64,000 nt of DNA. It comes from Eledone cirrhosa. Lineage: Eukaryota. Positions within the stretch are counted from its first letter, which is position 1. The number at the start of each line of letters is the position of its first letter. Of the stretch, positions 13,420 to 27,489 are shown in pieces. The position numbers and the translations under genes are program-made. The stretch is taken from positions 207,948,001 through 208,012,000 of the forward strand of contig OZ024743.1 of the NCBI GenBank assembly GCA_964016885.1. Direction: 5' to 3'. Under the pieces are notes generated by a model, which was not told where the DNA came from, did not search any database, and saw only the letters and a list, made by a program, of their open reading frames with translations.

Positions 13420-15736
13420 GGACCTTGTCAAACATGGCTATGAATGACAGGGATCTCCTCAGCTATAGCTATGGATGGCAGAGGCCTCCTCAGACATGGC
13501 TATGGAGGGTAGGGACATCCTCAAACATGTATCTAGAATGGTAGGTACCTCCTCAAACATGGCAATGGATGGTAGAGACATCCTCACACATGTATCTAGA
13601 ATGGTACAGACCTGCTCTAACATGGCTGTGAATGGTAGGGATTATCTTAAACACGGCTGTGAATGGTAGGGGCCTCCTCAAACATGGATGTGAAAGGCAG
13701 GGGCCTCCTCAAACATCTATCTAGAATGGTAGGAACCTCCTCAGACATGTATCTAGAATGGTAGGGATCTCCTCAGGAATGTATCTAAAATGGTAGGGAT
13801 CCCCTCAAACATTACTGTGAATGGTAGGGATCTCCTCAGGTACGTATCTAAAATGGTAGGATCTCCTCCGACATCACTGTGAATGGTAGAGATCTCCTCA
13901 GGTATGTATCTAAATGGTAGGGATTTCCTCTGACATCACTGTGAATGGTAGGGATCTCTTCAGACATCACTGTGAATGGTAGGGATCTCCTTAGACATCA
14001 CTGTGAATGGTAGGGATCTCCTTAGACATCACTGTGAATGGTAGGGATCTCCTTAGACATCACTGTGAATGGTAGGATCTCCTCAGACATCACTGTGAAT
14101 GGTAGGGATCTCCTCTGACATCACTGTGAATGGTAGGGATCTCCTCTGACATCACTGTGAATGGTAGGGATCTCCTTAGACATCACTGTGAATGGTAGGA
14201 TCTCCTCAGACATCACTGTGAATGGTAGGGATCTCCTCTGACATCACTGTGAATGGTAGGATCTCCTCAGACATCACTGTGAATGGTAGGGATCTCCTCT
14301 GACATCACTGTGAATGGTAGGATCTCCTTAGACATCACTGTGAATGGTAGGGATCTCCTTAGTCATCACTGTGAATGGTAGGGATCTCCTCTGACATCAC
14401 TGTGAATGGTAGGGATCTCCTCTGACATCACTGTGAATGGTAGGGATCTCCTTAGTCATCACTGTGAATGGTAGGGATCTCCTCAGACATCACTGTGAAT
14501 GGTAGGGATCTCCTCAGACATCACTGTGAATGGTAGGGATCTCCTCTGACATCACTGTGAATGGTAGGGATCTCCTCAGACATCACTGTGAATGGTAGGG
14601 ATCTCCTCTGACATCACTGTGAATGGTAGGGATCTCCTTAGTCATCACTGTGAATGGTAGGGATCTCCTCTGACATCACTGTGAATGGTAGGGATCTCCT
14701 CAGACATCACTGTGAATGGTAGGGATCTCCTCTGACATCACTGTGAATGGTAGGGATCTCCTCAGACATCACTGTGAATGGTAGGGATCTCCTCAGACAT
14801 CACTGTGAATGGTAGGGATCTCCTTAGTCATCACTGTGAATGGTAGGGATCTCCTCAGACATCACTGTGAATGGTAGGGATCTCCTCAGACATCACTGTG
14901 AATGGTAGGGATCTCCTTAGTCATCACTGTGAATGGTAGGGATCTCCTCAGACATCACTGTGAATGGTAGGGATCTCCTTAGTCATCACTGTGAATGGTA
15001 GGGATCTCCTCAGACATCACTGTGAATGGTAGGGATCTCCTTAGACATCACTGAATGGTAGGGATCTCCTCAGACATCACTGGGAATGGTAGGGATCTCC
15101 TTAGACATCACTGTGAATGGTAGGGATCTCCTCAGACATCACTGTGAATGGTAGGATCTCCTTAGACATCACTGTGAATGGTAGGGATCTCTTCAGACAT
15201 CACTGTGAATGGTAGGGATTTCCTCTGACATCACTGTGAATGGTAGGGATCTCCTTAGACATCACTGTGAATGGTAGGATCTCCTCAGACATCACTGTGA
15301 ATGGTAGGGATCTCCTCAGACATCACTGTGAATGGTAGGGATCTCCTTAGACATCACTGTGAATGGTAGGGATCTCCTCAGACATCACTGTGAATGGTAG
15401 GATCTCCTTAGACATCACTGTGAATGGTAGGGATCTCCTCTGACATCACTGTGAATGGCAGGGATCTTCTCAGGCATGTATCTAAAATGGTAGGGATCCC
15501 CTCAAACATCACTGTGAATGGTAGGGATCTCCTCAGGCATGTATCTAAAATGGTAGGGATCCCCTCAAACATCACTGTGAATGGTAGGGATCTCCTCTGA
15601 CTTCGCTGTGAATGGTAGGGATCTCCTCTGACATCACTGTGAATGGTAGGGATCTCCTCTGACATTGCTGTGAATGGTAGGGATCTCCTCTGACATCACT
15701 GTGAATGGTAGGGATCTCCTCAGGCATGTATCTAGT
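13420..15736. repeat. 31-bp minisatellite, ~75 copies, homogeneous core with degenerate edges
   Basis: Unit gacatcactgtgaatggtagggatctcctca. Confidence 0.98.
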
Positions 15737-15984
15737 ATCAGTTGACATTGTTATATTCAAGACATTACATTCCAACATCTCAAACAAAAAAATAAAAATA
15801 TTCCCCAATCTTGCTGATATAATTTCTAACATATAATCATTATGAAAACATTTCAAACTGCTAACAATCCTTCCTCCTCTCTCCTTCCTCTCATCCAGGT
15901 TTTTTCTAACTATTCTACTTTCTCATGCCACCTCTCTCTCTCTTTCTCCCATCATAATTATTATTATATATGTGTGACTGTCTA

Positions 15985-16056
<72 letters not shown>

Positions 16057-16528
16057 CAATGATATATTATCATCTCTATATATCTGATGATATACGTCTA
16101 GATGATATGTCTGACATTATCTCCCACTTCTTCATCATTGTCTTACAATGACACTCAAGAAAACAAATATTTATTTTATTTTATTTCCATAAAAAAAGAG
16201 ACAAATTTTTATTGCATTTATTTATTTATATATTTTTTTCAATGATATCATCTAAAAAAGCCAGACAGTATATATGTGTGAGTGTATATGTATACATATA
16301 TATGCACACACACACACACACACATATATAAAACATCATCATCATCACCGTTTAACTGCCATTTTCATATATGTGAATGTATATATATATGCATATATAT
16401 GTATCATTATCATCATCATTTAACATCTATTTTCCACGCTAGCATGGGTTAGACAAAAACAATGTGTGTGTGTATATATATATATATAGAAGGAAATTGT
16501 AGTTTACTTGAAGCATTGCGTAGTGAGG

Positions 16529-16811
16529 TATAAACGTTTGAAGTTAGAAGGCCAGAACAATGCAGGTAAGGATATAGAATATAAATACAAATACGAAAGA
16601 TATCACTGACAATTAGTCTTTTACCTTAAATTTATTTGAATATCCTTATATTTCGAGATAATATCTGAAGAAGAGATATTATCTCGAAATATAAGGATAT
16701 TCAAATAAATTTAGGGTAAAAGACTAATTGTCAGTGATATCTTTCGTATTTGTATTTATATTCTATATCCTTACCTGCATTGTTTTGGCCTTCTAACTTC
16801 AAACATTTATA
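16529..16811. repeat. Near-perfect palindrome (138-bp arms, 7-bp spacer), probable inverted Penelope-like terminal repeat
   Basis: 16529-16666 is the reverse complement of 16674-16811 with about 3 mismatches; spacer gaagaag. Confidence 0.9.
16665..16702 (+). ncRNA. Hammerhead ribozyme core (stem I disrupted)
   Basis: CUGAAGA-A-gagau auu aucuc-GAAA-ua-UA; 5' stem I strand replaced by the inverted arm. Confidence 0.55.
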
Positions 16812-16931
16812 TATATAGTACAGTACAGTATTACTGTTGAAAATATATATGTATATGTATATATATCTATATACACACACATATATACCTATATATGGGT
16901 ATATATGTTTATATATGTGTGTATACATACA

Positions 16932-17357
16932 TACAAGAAGACCTGGGATGAGGTGATAAAAGCCGACCTTACCCATCTCAAAGGCAATGACACACGACTG
17001 TGACCTCTGGCCACATGCAGTAATACAGAAAACCCGACCCCCATGGGTACAAGCTGAAGCATATAGACAATATGCCCCCTCCCCCTCCCACTGCAAAGTG
17101 GTCGCAAAAAAGCACCCAGCCCACACTGTAAAGTGGTTGTGTAGGCACCACAGTAAAAAAAGCACTCAACACTCACTGTAAATGAGGTTGGTGTTAGGAA
17201 GGACATCCAGCTGTAGAAATCAACCCAGAATCAGTTCCTGTATGAGCAAGACAAGGTCAGCCGACTGGACACTGCCCACAACAGGACAACCCGTCTAACC
17301 CATGCTAGCATGGAAGAACGAACGTAAAACGGTGATGATGATGATGATGATGATGAT
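16932..17357 (+). mobile_element. RTE 3' fragment, same family as 27490-30840
   Basis: Aligns with ~30408-30840 including the 3'UTR and (gat)n tail. Confidence 0.9.
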
Positions 17358-17504
17358 ATATGATATATATATATATATGCGTGTATATCATAAAATATAA
17401 ATTGAAATAAATTATCTCAATCAAATCACACCATTCCACAAACATTAAGGTTTAAAATTTAAATTTTCAGAGCATCATTTGCATAAATACTATTTAGCTA
17501 TTAT

Positions 17505-17703
17505 AATAATAATAATTGTTTCTACTTTAGGCACAAGGCCAGCAATAACCCAGTACATTACTGGTACTTTATTTTATCGACCCCGTAAGGATGAAAGGCA
17601 AAGTTAACCTCGGCGGGATTTGAACTCAGACTGTAAAGGGATGTAACTATGCTAGAAAGCATGGCGTCCAACCCTCTACCGATACTGCCAATTCACTGCG
17701 CCA
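17505..17703 (-). mobile_element. tRNA-derived SINE (near full length)
   Basis: Same family as 12896; A/B boxes on minus strand, (att)n tail. Confidence 0.85.
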
Positions 17704-17736
17704 TAATAATAATTATATATATATATATATATATAT

Positions 17737-18442
17737 ATAAATACAAATAAATTATCGAGAATCGGAATCTCGGCCCACGAAATAATGAAAGACAATCTTC
17801 GAAATGCGTGGCAAAGGGCTCAATAGTTTGGATAAACCAGAGCTATAACTAACGTTTAAATACCAACACACAGAGACAATGCTTAAAATCATTCGCACAG
17901 CCGAAAAAATGACCAAGAAAATTCAGGTCAGACAAATAATAATATAAATGAACGAAAAATCTTTTCCCGGACCCGCTAGAAGGATGGTAAATTCCAGCAT
18001 TTTGGTTTCTGCGGCTCCTAAATCAGTTACCGTCAGCTTACATAAAAAATATCCGGCTTCTGGTAGAATGATGAACAAGGAAACCACTTTCTCAACAGGC
18101 ATTTCGTTCAAATATACAAAGGAACCCATTACTAAATCCACGTGGTGTCTAGCAAGGGAGGGAAATATTAGGCGAATGCATTCAGTAGTGTATATTATTG
18201 TAAAAATACAAAATATCACATATCGAATTAGAGTTCTCAACAGACGGGTTAAAATTAACATGAGCTATTCATCAGTCAATAAGATCAACTAAAAAATCAA
18301 TAAAATTAACTGGTCAATAGCTAAAGACTGGAGATAAATACAAATAAATTATCGAGAATCGGAATCTCGGCTCACGAAATAACGAAACACAATCTTCGAA
18401 ATGCGTAGCAAAGGGCTCAATAGTTTGGATAAATCAGAGCTA
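17737..18442 (+). mobile_element. 706-bp element with 109-bp direct terminal repeats, probably Penelope-derived
   Basis: 17737-17845 ~ 18334-18442; (TA)n on both sides; decayed peptide SIVWINQSYN*RLNTNTQRQCLK resembles the Penelope-like IIWFNPPY..VKTNIG linker. Confidence 0.5.
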
Positions 18443-18799
18443 GAGCTAATATATATATATATATATAAATAAAATAAAAATAAAATTTAAAAAAAAAACA
18501 TAGAAAGCAAAAATACTTTTAAAGGCTAACACAATTCTATTTATGTTATAATTGGTAAATTCAATTATAATTACTTAGACCACAGTTTCAGATGACAAAG
18601 AAAAAATGCTAATTACCATAATTAAAATGGTTAATTAATAAATTAAGACAAATCATCTTCAGTAGTTATCAAGAGGTTTCAAATAAATTGACTTGTATTG
18701 GTATCAATGCCAAAAAAAAAAAACCTGACTAATTTCACAGCCAAAAATACTCATGTATTAATAAAAAAAAACCATGTGTATTTTGCTACAAAAGGTTCA

Positions 18800-18835
<36 letters not shown>

Positions 18836-19100
18836 ATGTGTGTGTGAAAACGATGACGATGATATATGTATATATATGTATTTAATTTTGTCTCATATAA
18901 AATAATACAACTGGCTATCCGCAAAATACGTATAGTTAGCACCCCAAAAGTATAATTGGGATTATACTAAGGTATATCCTAATGTTTGTTGAGTGAGACG
19001 GAAGTTGGTCGGAGTATTGCTTAAAGCTTTCTCTGTTAATGTATTAAATATATATATATATATATACACACATACACACACATACATTTATATACACTTC

Positions 19101-19141
<41 letters not shown>

Positions 19142-19759
19142 GATATAGTCTTTATATACACCCTCCATATATATATATGAATATATATAAAGTTTTTATA
19201 TATATATATATCATCATCATCGTTTAACATCTATGTTCAAATTGTAATATATGCACACACACACACACACATATTTTAAATATAATACAATAAAAAAGTG
19301 AAAAAACCCACAAGTTATTGATTATCTGATTGAACAAGAGAAGGCAGCAGTGTCGTTCGTTTAAAACCATTTTGATAATCACTGCCATAAATTAGCGGAA
19401 GATATCTAATAGTACAGATTAAGGGGAACCATTTATTACTGAAGATAGAATATTATTTAGATGGATATTGATTCTAGAATTTGTTGTTGGTGGTGGTCTT
19501 GTGGTGTTGTAGTTGTTGTTGTTGGTGGTGGTGTTGTAGTTGTTGCTGTTGTTGTTGTTATCATTGTATGATGATTATGATTCAGAACTCATTGCCATCT
19601 TTTGGTTTCTGTCTGTCTGTCTTTGTGTTGTTGTTGATGTTGTTTTTATTCCAGTACTCAGCTATCAAACTTTGTATACAACTAAAATAGAATTAAAAAC
19701 AAATAGATAGATAATAATGATGATAGCAATGATAATGATTGTAATGATGTTGATGATGA

Positions 19760-19920
19760 TGATCATTATCATTTTTACATCCATTTTTCCACACTTGCAT
19801 GGGTTGAACAGGTCCTTCTCAGCACAGCATCTCTCCACTCCTCATGTTCCTTTGTCATCTCCTCTGTGAGTCTTAGTGACTTTAGATCAGCTTGGTCTTC
19901 CTCTACTGTGACATTTCCTG
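19760..19920 (-). mobile_element. RTE 3' end fragment
   Basis: ADLKSLRLTEEMTKEHEEWRDAVL matches the C-terminus of the 23232 element. Confidence 0.75.
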
Positions 19921-19941
19921 GCACCTTTTCACCCAGCAATG

Positions 19942-20140
19942 ATAATAATAATGGTTTCTGATTTAGACACAAGTCCAACAATCTTTCAGTGGGGAGAAAG
20001 TCGATTAAATCAACCCAAGTACATTACTGGTACTTTATTTTATCAACCCGTAAAAGGAAAGGCAAAGCTAACCTTGGTGGTATTTGAACTCAGATGGTAA
20101 AGGGTCATAACTGTGTGCCGTAAAGCATGTTGTCTGCCAC
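19942..20140 (-). mobile_element. tRNA-derived SINE
   Basis: agtacattactggtactttattttatcaacccg...gaaaggcaaagctaaccttgg...tttgaactcag. Confidence 0.8.
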
Positions 20141-20289
20141 TAAGTACATGTCATGAATGAAAGTAGGTTTAATTCTTCATGTTTAAATTAGAAATGATGT
20201 GGAGTTTACACATTTGATCAGGCTTTTTTTTATGTTTTTATTCCCCATATTTTTTTTTCAACCTCTCCATCCTCCCTGTCCAATTTTTG

Positions 20290-20530
20290 ACACTTCAAAC
20301 ATGGACTGGGAGTGAGGTTGACTGTGTATGTCTAATATGGTGATGATGGTGGCGGTGATGACTGGGAGTGGGGTTAGCTGTATATGTCTAATATGCTGAT
20401 GGTAGTGGGGATGGTGGTAATGACTGGGAGTGGGGTTGGCTGTGTATGTATATCTAATATGGTGATGGCAGTGATGGTTATGGTGGTGGTGATGGTGATG
20501 AGTGGGGTTGGCTGTGTATATCTAATGTAA
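20290..20530. repeat. Degenerate ~55-75 bp tandem repeat, 4 copies
   Basis: Recurring gggagtggggttggctgtgtatgtctaatatggtgatg with variable gat/ggt spacers. Confidence 0.65.
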
Positions 20531-20903
20531 TCTGGTGTTGAAAAATAATCAGACATAATATGACAGTGATGGTGATGGGGTGATGATGATGGTGTCGGTG
20601 TTAGTGATGGACAGATATTTTATAGAAAAGATGAAGATGATGAAGATTAGATAAATTAAGCAATTAAAATTAACAAACAAAACTGATAGTACTTAGTAAT
20701 ATTAATAAATATATTTTGATTAACCAATAAGAACAATACCAACATTATGGTATAAAAACATAAACATGGCTGTGTGGTTTATATAAGTTACTAGCTGGCC
20801 CATCCGGCTGGTGCTCGGCTACCATTGTTCTATAGCATCCATATATATATATGTAATTGACGTACTTAGCTTCGCTTGGATAAACAGACGATAAGCCGTC
20901 TGT

Positions 20904-22090
20904 GTAGTATAGTATTACTGTTGAAAATATATAGTATAGTATTACTGTTGAAAATATATAGTATAGTATTACTGTTGAAAATATATAGTATAGTATTACT
21001 GTTGAAAATATATAGTATAGTATTACTGTTGAAAATATATAGTATTGTATTACTGTTGAAAATATATAGTATAGTATTACTGTTGAAAATATATAGTATA
21101 GTATTACTGTTGAAAATATATAGTATTGTATTACTGTTGAAAATATATAGTATAGTATTACTGTTGAAAATATATAGTATAGTATTACTGTTGAAAATAT
21201 ATAGTATTGTATTACTGTTGAAAATATATAGTATACTATTACTGTTGAAAATATATAGTATAGTATTACTGTTGAAAATATATAGTATAGTATTACTGTT
21301 GAAAATATATAGTATAGTATTACTGTTGAAAATATATAGTATAGTATTACTGTTGAAAATATATAGTATAGTATTACTGTTGAAAATATATAGTATAGTA
21401 TTACTGTTGAAAATATATAGTATAGTATTACTATTGAAAATATATAGTATAGTATTACTGTTGAAAATGTATAGTATAGTATTACTGTTGAAAATATATA
21501 GTATAGTATTACTGTTGAAAATATATAGTATTGTATTACTGTTGAAAATATATAGTATAGTATTACTGTTGAAAATATATAGTATAGTATAGTATTACTG
21601 TTGAAAATATATAGTATTGTATTACTGTTGAAAATATATAGTATAGTATTACTGTTGAAAATATATAGTATAGTATTACTGTTGAAAATATATAGTATAG
21701 TATTACTGTTGAAAATATATAGTATAGTATTACTGTTGAAAATATATAGTACAGTATTACTGTTGAAAATATATAGTATAGTATAGTATTACTGTTGAAA
21801 ATATATAGTATAGTATTACTGTTGAAAACATATAGTATTGTATTACTGTTGAAAATATATAGTATAGTATTACTGTTGAAAATATATAGTATAGTATAGT
21901 ATTACTGTTGAAAATATATAGTATAGTATTACTGTTGAAAATAAATAGTATAGTACAGTATTGCTGTTGAAAATATATAGTATAGTATTACTGTTGAAAA
22001 TATATAGTATAGTATTACTGTTGAAAATACATAGTATAGTATTACTGTTGAAAATATATAGTATAGTACAGTATTACTGTTGAAAATATG
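20904..22090. repeat. 27-bp minisatellite, ~43 copies
   Basis: Unit tagtatagtattactgttgaaaatata; occasional extra tagta. Confidence 0.98.
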
Positions 22091-22261
22091 TACACGAATA
22101 TATAATTATATATATATATATATACATATATATAATTAATTAAAATTTGGTTAGAAGCGAAGTCAATGCAGACAGGCAGACATATATTATAAGCGCACAA
22201 CATTATAGCTATGTATCTATCTAAAAAGACAAAGTAAGAAAGAGAGAGGAATGTCGTATTA

Positions 22262-22645
22262 TAATAATAATGAAATTATTGTGTAGTGCTCAAGTGCACT
22301 ACAACTCATCAAAGGTGCATGTATAGTACATAGAATAATATACAAATGTCAGGGAAGTGAATAGTGTATGAGTCATGATATACATGTGTGCATGTGTATG
22401 GATGGGGAATATTAGGTGTAGTGTTGGTGAATCTCAGGAAGCATGGAGGTTTTAAAGAATGCAGTGTCTCGACAGCTAACAACTGATGCAGGTAGTTTGT
22501 TCCATGCTTCAGCAACTCTGAGCGTGAAAAAATGTTTCCGAAAGTCATGGGAGGTGTGCTGTTTTCTGACTTTGTGGGCATGCCCACGTGTGTTAGTCAC
22601 ATGGAAATCAAAAAGGTACTCAGGGTTGTTGTTGGCAAGATGATT
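22262..22645 (-). mobile_element. CR1-group LINE 3' fragment
   Basis: NTRGHAHKVRKQHTSHDFRKHFFTLRVAEAWNKLPASVV, classic CR1 C-terminus; (att)n tail. Confidence 0.9.
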
Positions 22646-23152
22646 TATATTATATATAATAGAGTACCAGTAATGTACTGGAATAATTGCTGGCCTTGTG
22701 CCAAAAGTAGAAACAATTATACTTCTTTTTTATACAACTGTAAATAACGTTTATGTATGTATATATACGTATATATACGTATAAAGGAATGCTGTAATAA
22801 AATGTACAAATTAAACTGTCTCATTTATAATACTAACACTATATATATATATATACACACACTATATATATATATACACACACTATATATATATATATAC
22901 ACACACACAATATATGATGATTTCCTCTGACAATCAGTTCCACGTCTCCTGGGACTATACCAAAATCGATATTTGGTAATTGATAATCGATTAATTAGAT
23001 TGATTTTCAATCCGGTCTGAGGAGCTATGAAACGGTGCTAAGAGAAATTTTAGTTTTTCCACCTTAAAATATATGGTGTTTCCAAAACATGTTTTTTTAT
23101 ATATATGTACAGAATACTATATGTTTCTCTAACGATATACAACTATATTATA

Positions 23153-23187
<35 letters not shown>

Positions 23188-23231
23188 TATATATATATAT
23201 GTATATATATATATATGTATATGTATATATA

Positions 23232-26200
23232 TCATCATCATCATCATCATCATCATCATTTTATGTCCGCTTTTCCCTGCTTGCAAGGGTGGGACGGGTC
23301 TTATTCAGCACAGCATCTCTCCACTCGTCACGGTCCCTCGTCATCTCCACCGTGAGCTTCAATGATCTGAGGTCTGTTCTCACCACCTCCACCCATGTTT
23401 TTCGTGGTCTACCTCTACCACGTCTTCCTTCAACTGACAATTCCTGGCACTTCTTCACCCATCGGTCATCCTCCATGCGCATCACATCTCCATACCACCT
23501 CAGTCTCCTCTCCCGTACACTACATTCTATCCCTCTCAGACACAGTTTCTCTCTCAACACATTTATGCTGGGTCGTTCACGCACATTTACACTGCACATC
23601 CAACGGAGCATGCTTGCTTCATTTCTCTCCAGCCGTCGCATATCCTCTGCAGTTGCTGCCCATGTCTCACTACCATGCAGCATCGCGCTCCTCACACAGG
23701 CATCATACAACCCGCCTTTCGTACGCAGGGAGAAACCCTTCTTCGTCAACAGAGGAAGCAGCTCCCTAAACTTCTTCCAACCCGTCCTTATTCTAGATAC
23801 TATGGCCTCGGAACACCCTCCTCCCATGCTAATCTGATCTCCTAGGTACCGGAAGCTATCCACCACTTCTATAGCGCCCTATTGCATTTGAAAAATGTGT
23901 CTATCAGTGCGACTTCTACTGTCTAATTTCCCTGTACATCTACTGCATACATATTTCTCCCTACCTGTTAGTTTGCCTGCTATTCCGCTACATCTCTTGT
24001 GTACCCAGGATCTGCATTGGGTGCATTTTATAGAATTTATGCCAGTTCCTTTTCTGCATATCAAACATGGCCATTTCCCTGACGGAATCAGGGTTTTGTC
24101 CTCTTTTCTACTCATCAACACTTTTGTCTTAGCTAGATTCACTCTCAGTCCTCTTGCTTCCAACTGCTGTTTCCATAGCCAGAATTTATTCTCTAGCTCC
24201 TCTACTGATTCTGCTATAAGAACCAGATCGTCAGCATAGAGAAGTTCCCATGGACAGCCAGTCTTAAACTCCTCTGTTATGGCTTGGAGGACTATAATGA
24301 ACAAGAGCGGGCTGAGGACCGAACCCTGATGTACTCCTACTTGTATCTGGAATTCCTCACTAAACTCCATTCCTACCCTGACTTTACTGAGAGTACCTCT
24401 GTACAAAGTTTGCACTGTCCTCACAAGCCATTCCTCAACACCTAGCTTCCTTAGGGACCACCAGATGACAGATCGGGGTACCCTATCAAAGGCCTTCTCT
24501 AGGTCAACAAAGGCTAAGTATAGTGGCTTATTCTTCTCTAAGAACCTCTCTTGCAATTGTCTCACCAAGAAGAGGGCATCTTGTACTCTTCCCAGGCACA
24601 AAACCAAACTGCATCTCATCTAGTTTGACCCTTTCTCTAATTAGTTGTGCTAAAATCCTTTCTGCCACTTTCATAACCTGATCTATCAGCTTTATACCCC
24701 TATAATTGTTCCTCTCCAAAGCATCCCCTTTACCTTTGTAGCAATTTATGAGAATACTGCTGCACCAGTCTTTGGGTATGACACCACCATATATAGCCTG
24801 ATTGATGATGCGTCCAACCAGTTTAGTGCCTACATCCCCTGATGCCTTCAGCATCTCAGCAACTATTCCCGATGGTCCAGCAGCCTTACCATTTTTCATT
24901 TCCCTAATCGCCTCTTGGACCCTATATTCATCAATCTCAATAGCTGGTCCCTCTGTCGGATCTACCAAGGGTAATTTCTTTCTCTCCCATTCGTTCTCCA
25001 CATTCATCAGTCTCTCATAATAACATTTCCAGGCCTCCTTTTTCTGATCATTTGTGACACTAAGTACACCGGCATCATCCCGGTCACATTTATCTCCAAC
25101 AACATCCTGATTTGCATTGACTCACTGCCTTGCAATGTAGAACACCACACGCCTCTGATCTTCCCGTCGCAGAACATTGGCAAACCTCCTACTCTCTGCC
25201 TTCCTGCGAGCTAAGTACACCTGACGTCTAGCTTCTCTCTTAGTGGCTGTATATTCTTCCCTATCTCCCACCCTTTTTCCAAGCCTTCTATGCTAGTCTT
25301 TTGTCTTTAATAGCCTTATCTACTGTGCTGTTCCACCACCAGGTCACTCTCTGTCTGGTTGGAGCTCTTCTCCAGCCACAGGTTTCATCAGTAGCCTGCA
25401 GCAAGTTGTCACGTAAGAAATTCCAGTTATCTATGTCATACGTCTCTAAATCGTCTTCTTTTTCGTCATATACATCTTGAAGGGCTTTCCTAAATTTGTA
25501 TTTTAGTGAAAGATCTTTTAGCTTCCAGACCTTTCTTCTCCACACCTTCCTATATGTCTCATTGTATCTCTTGCTTACTGAGATATCACTAACAACTAAC
25601 CTATGCTGTGGGGTACATTCTTCCCCAGGGTATGCCTTGGTATTAGACACTATCTGCCTGTCCCGCTGCCTAACTAGCAGGAAGTCAAACTGGCTCATGT
25701 GCTCACCAGATTTGTAGGTTATTAGGTGATTGGCAGGTTTCTGGAAGTTTGTGTTGCAAATAGTCAATGTACCCGCATCACAAAATTCAAGAAGTTTCAC
25801 TCCTTCTTCATTTCTTGAACCGTAACCGTGCCCACCATGTACCCCAGTGTAGCCATCCTGGAGCTGTCCAACATGACCATTGAAGTCTCCTGCTAGCATA
25901 ACGATGTCTCCGTCCTCTGTCATTGCGGTTGTTTGCAAAAGTTGCTCATAAAAGCAGTCTTTCTCATCTTTGCCTAGGCCTGCTTGGGGAGCATAGACCG
26001 TAATTATTGTCAGTAGTCTCCTGCCTACAACTAATCTAAGCTTAATTATTCGATTACTAACTCGAACTACCTCTATTGTCTTATTGATCCATTTCTCAGC
26101 CAGGAAAATGCCTACTCCCCTAACCCATCATCCTTACCTACCCAGAAAAGCTTATAGCTAAGACGTTTGCCTAAGACTAGTCTCGCAGAGGCACCTCTCC

Positions 26201-26515
26201 ATCTCACCTCTTGCACGCAGCACACATCCACCTGCCTTCTCTCCAGCATCTCCGCTATTTCAGCAGATCTACCTCTGAGAGTGCCAACATTAAGTGTTGC
26301 AACTCTGAGATGCGACGTCTTCATATTTTGTTGTTGTTCCTATGCTGTTTTGTTGCTGTGCTGATAAGCGTTTTGGCATTGATACACTGGTTGGATGCCC
26401 TTCCTAACACCAGCGCCACTTTACAGCATGGACTGGGTGCTTTTATTTGTGCCACCAGCACTAGAGAGGATGTCTTACTAGACTCAAGGGCCCTATCTAC
26501 CCCTACCCCTCCATT
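23232..26515 (-). mobile_element. Full-length but disrupted RTE LINE (APE + RT with PHD insert)
   Basis: LRVATLNVGT..VQE (EN), GDFNGH, DLEKAFD, QGSVLSP, YADD, C4HC3 insert, LRWYG; several frameshifts/stops; ATG at 26324; (gat)n tail. Confidence 0.95.
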
Positions 26516-27434
26516 TTACAGCATCATCATTAAAAAAACCCCCAAAAAACAACTTATTGACACGACGCACACAAACACTCACACACCAACACTCATGCAT
26601 ACAAACCACAACCACACACATTCATGCATACAATCACACACACCACTCACAAACACATATATATACATATATTACAGACAGTACTGATACAAAATCAAAA
26701 TCAAAATCATCAAAATCAAAATCAATATCATGTCAACTGTTGACCTTTCCCAGTCCAGATCAGCTTGTATATAATAATAATAATAATAATTGTTTGCTTT
26801 ACGCTGGTAATGGCGGTGGTGGTGGTGAATGGTGGTGGATGGTGTCAGTGTAGTGGTGGTGTGTGGTGCTAGTGTGGTGGTGGTGGATGGTCAGTGATGG
26901 TGGTGGCAGTTGTTGGTGCTGTAGTTGTTGTTGCTGTTGTCGCTGTTGTTGTTGTTCTTCATTTCACTGCTGCTGTTGCTGCAGACAATGGTGTTGATGC
27001 TGTTATTGCTGTCGCATATATACAAATACACACATACACACACATTCAACACAGACAATGGTGTTGTTGCCGTTGTTGTTGTTGGTGTTGCTGCTGTTGT
27101 AGTTGTTGCTGTGTTGAAATCTGGTCGCATCCATACATATACACACACATATATATATGTTTATATATATATATATTAAGACAGGGGGGGAAGAAAAAAT
27201 GGCTTCACTTGTGCTTTCAACAAATTTATTTTCTTCACAAAATCCAAAAAGAATTTTTCTTAAAAAAATGATTTTATAAATTAAGTTGTTGGTTGTTATG
27301 TATATATATATATACATATATGTATATATATATATGTATATATATATATGTATATATATATGTATATATATATGTATATATATATGTATATATATATGTA
27401 TATATATATGTATATATATATGTATATATATATG

Positions 27435-27465
<31 letters not shown>

Positions 27466-27489
27466 GTATATATATATGTATATATATAC

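Noticed and set aside
18205-18285. Minus-strand CUGAUGA...GAUA
   Set aside because: Core mutated and no stem I complement
13420-22090. 31-bp and 27-bp arrays as CRISPR
   Set aside because: Contiguous units with no unique spacers, no cas genes, eukaryotic context
23017-23040. ctgagga-gctat-gaaa hammerhead-like string
   Set aside because: Stem II too short; no stem I or III pairing
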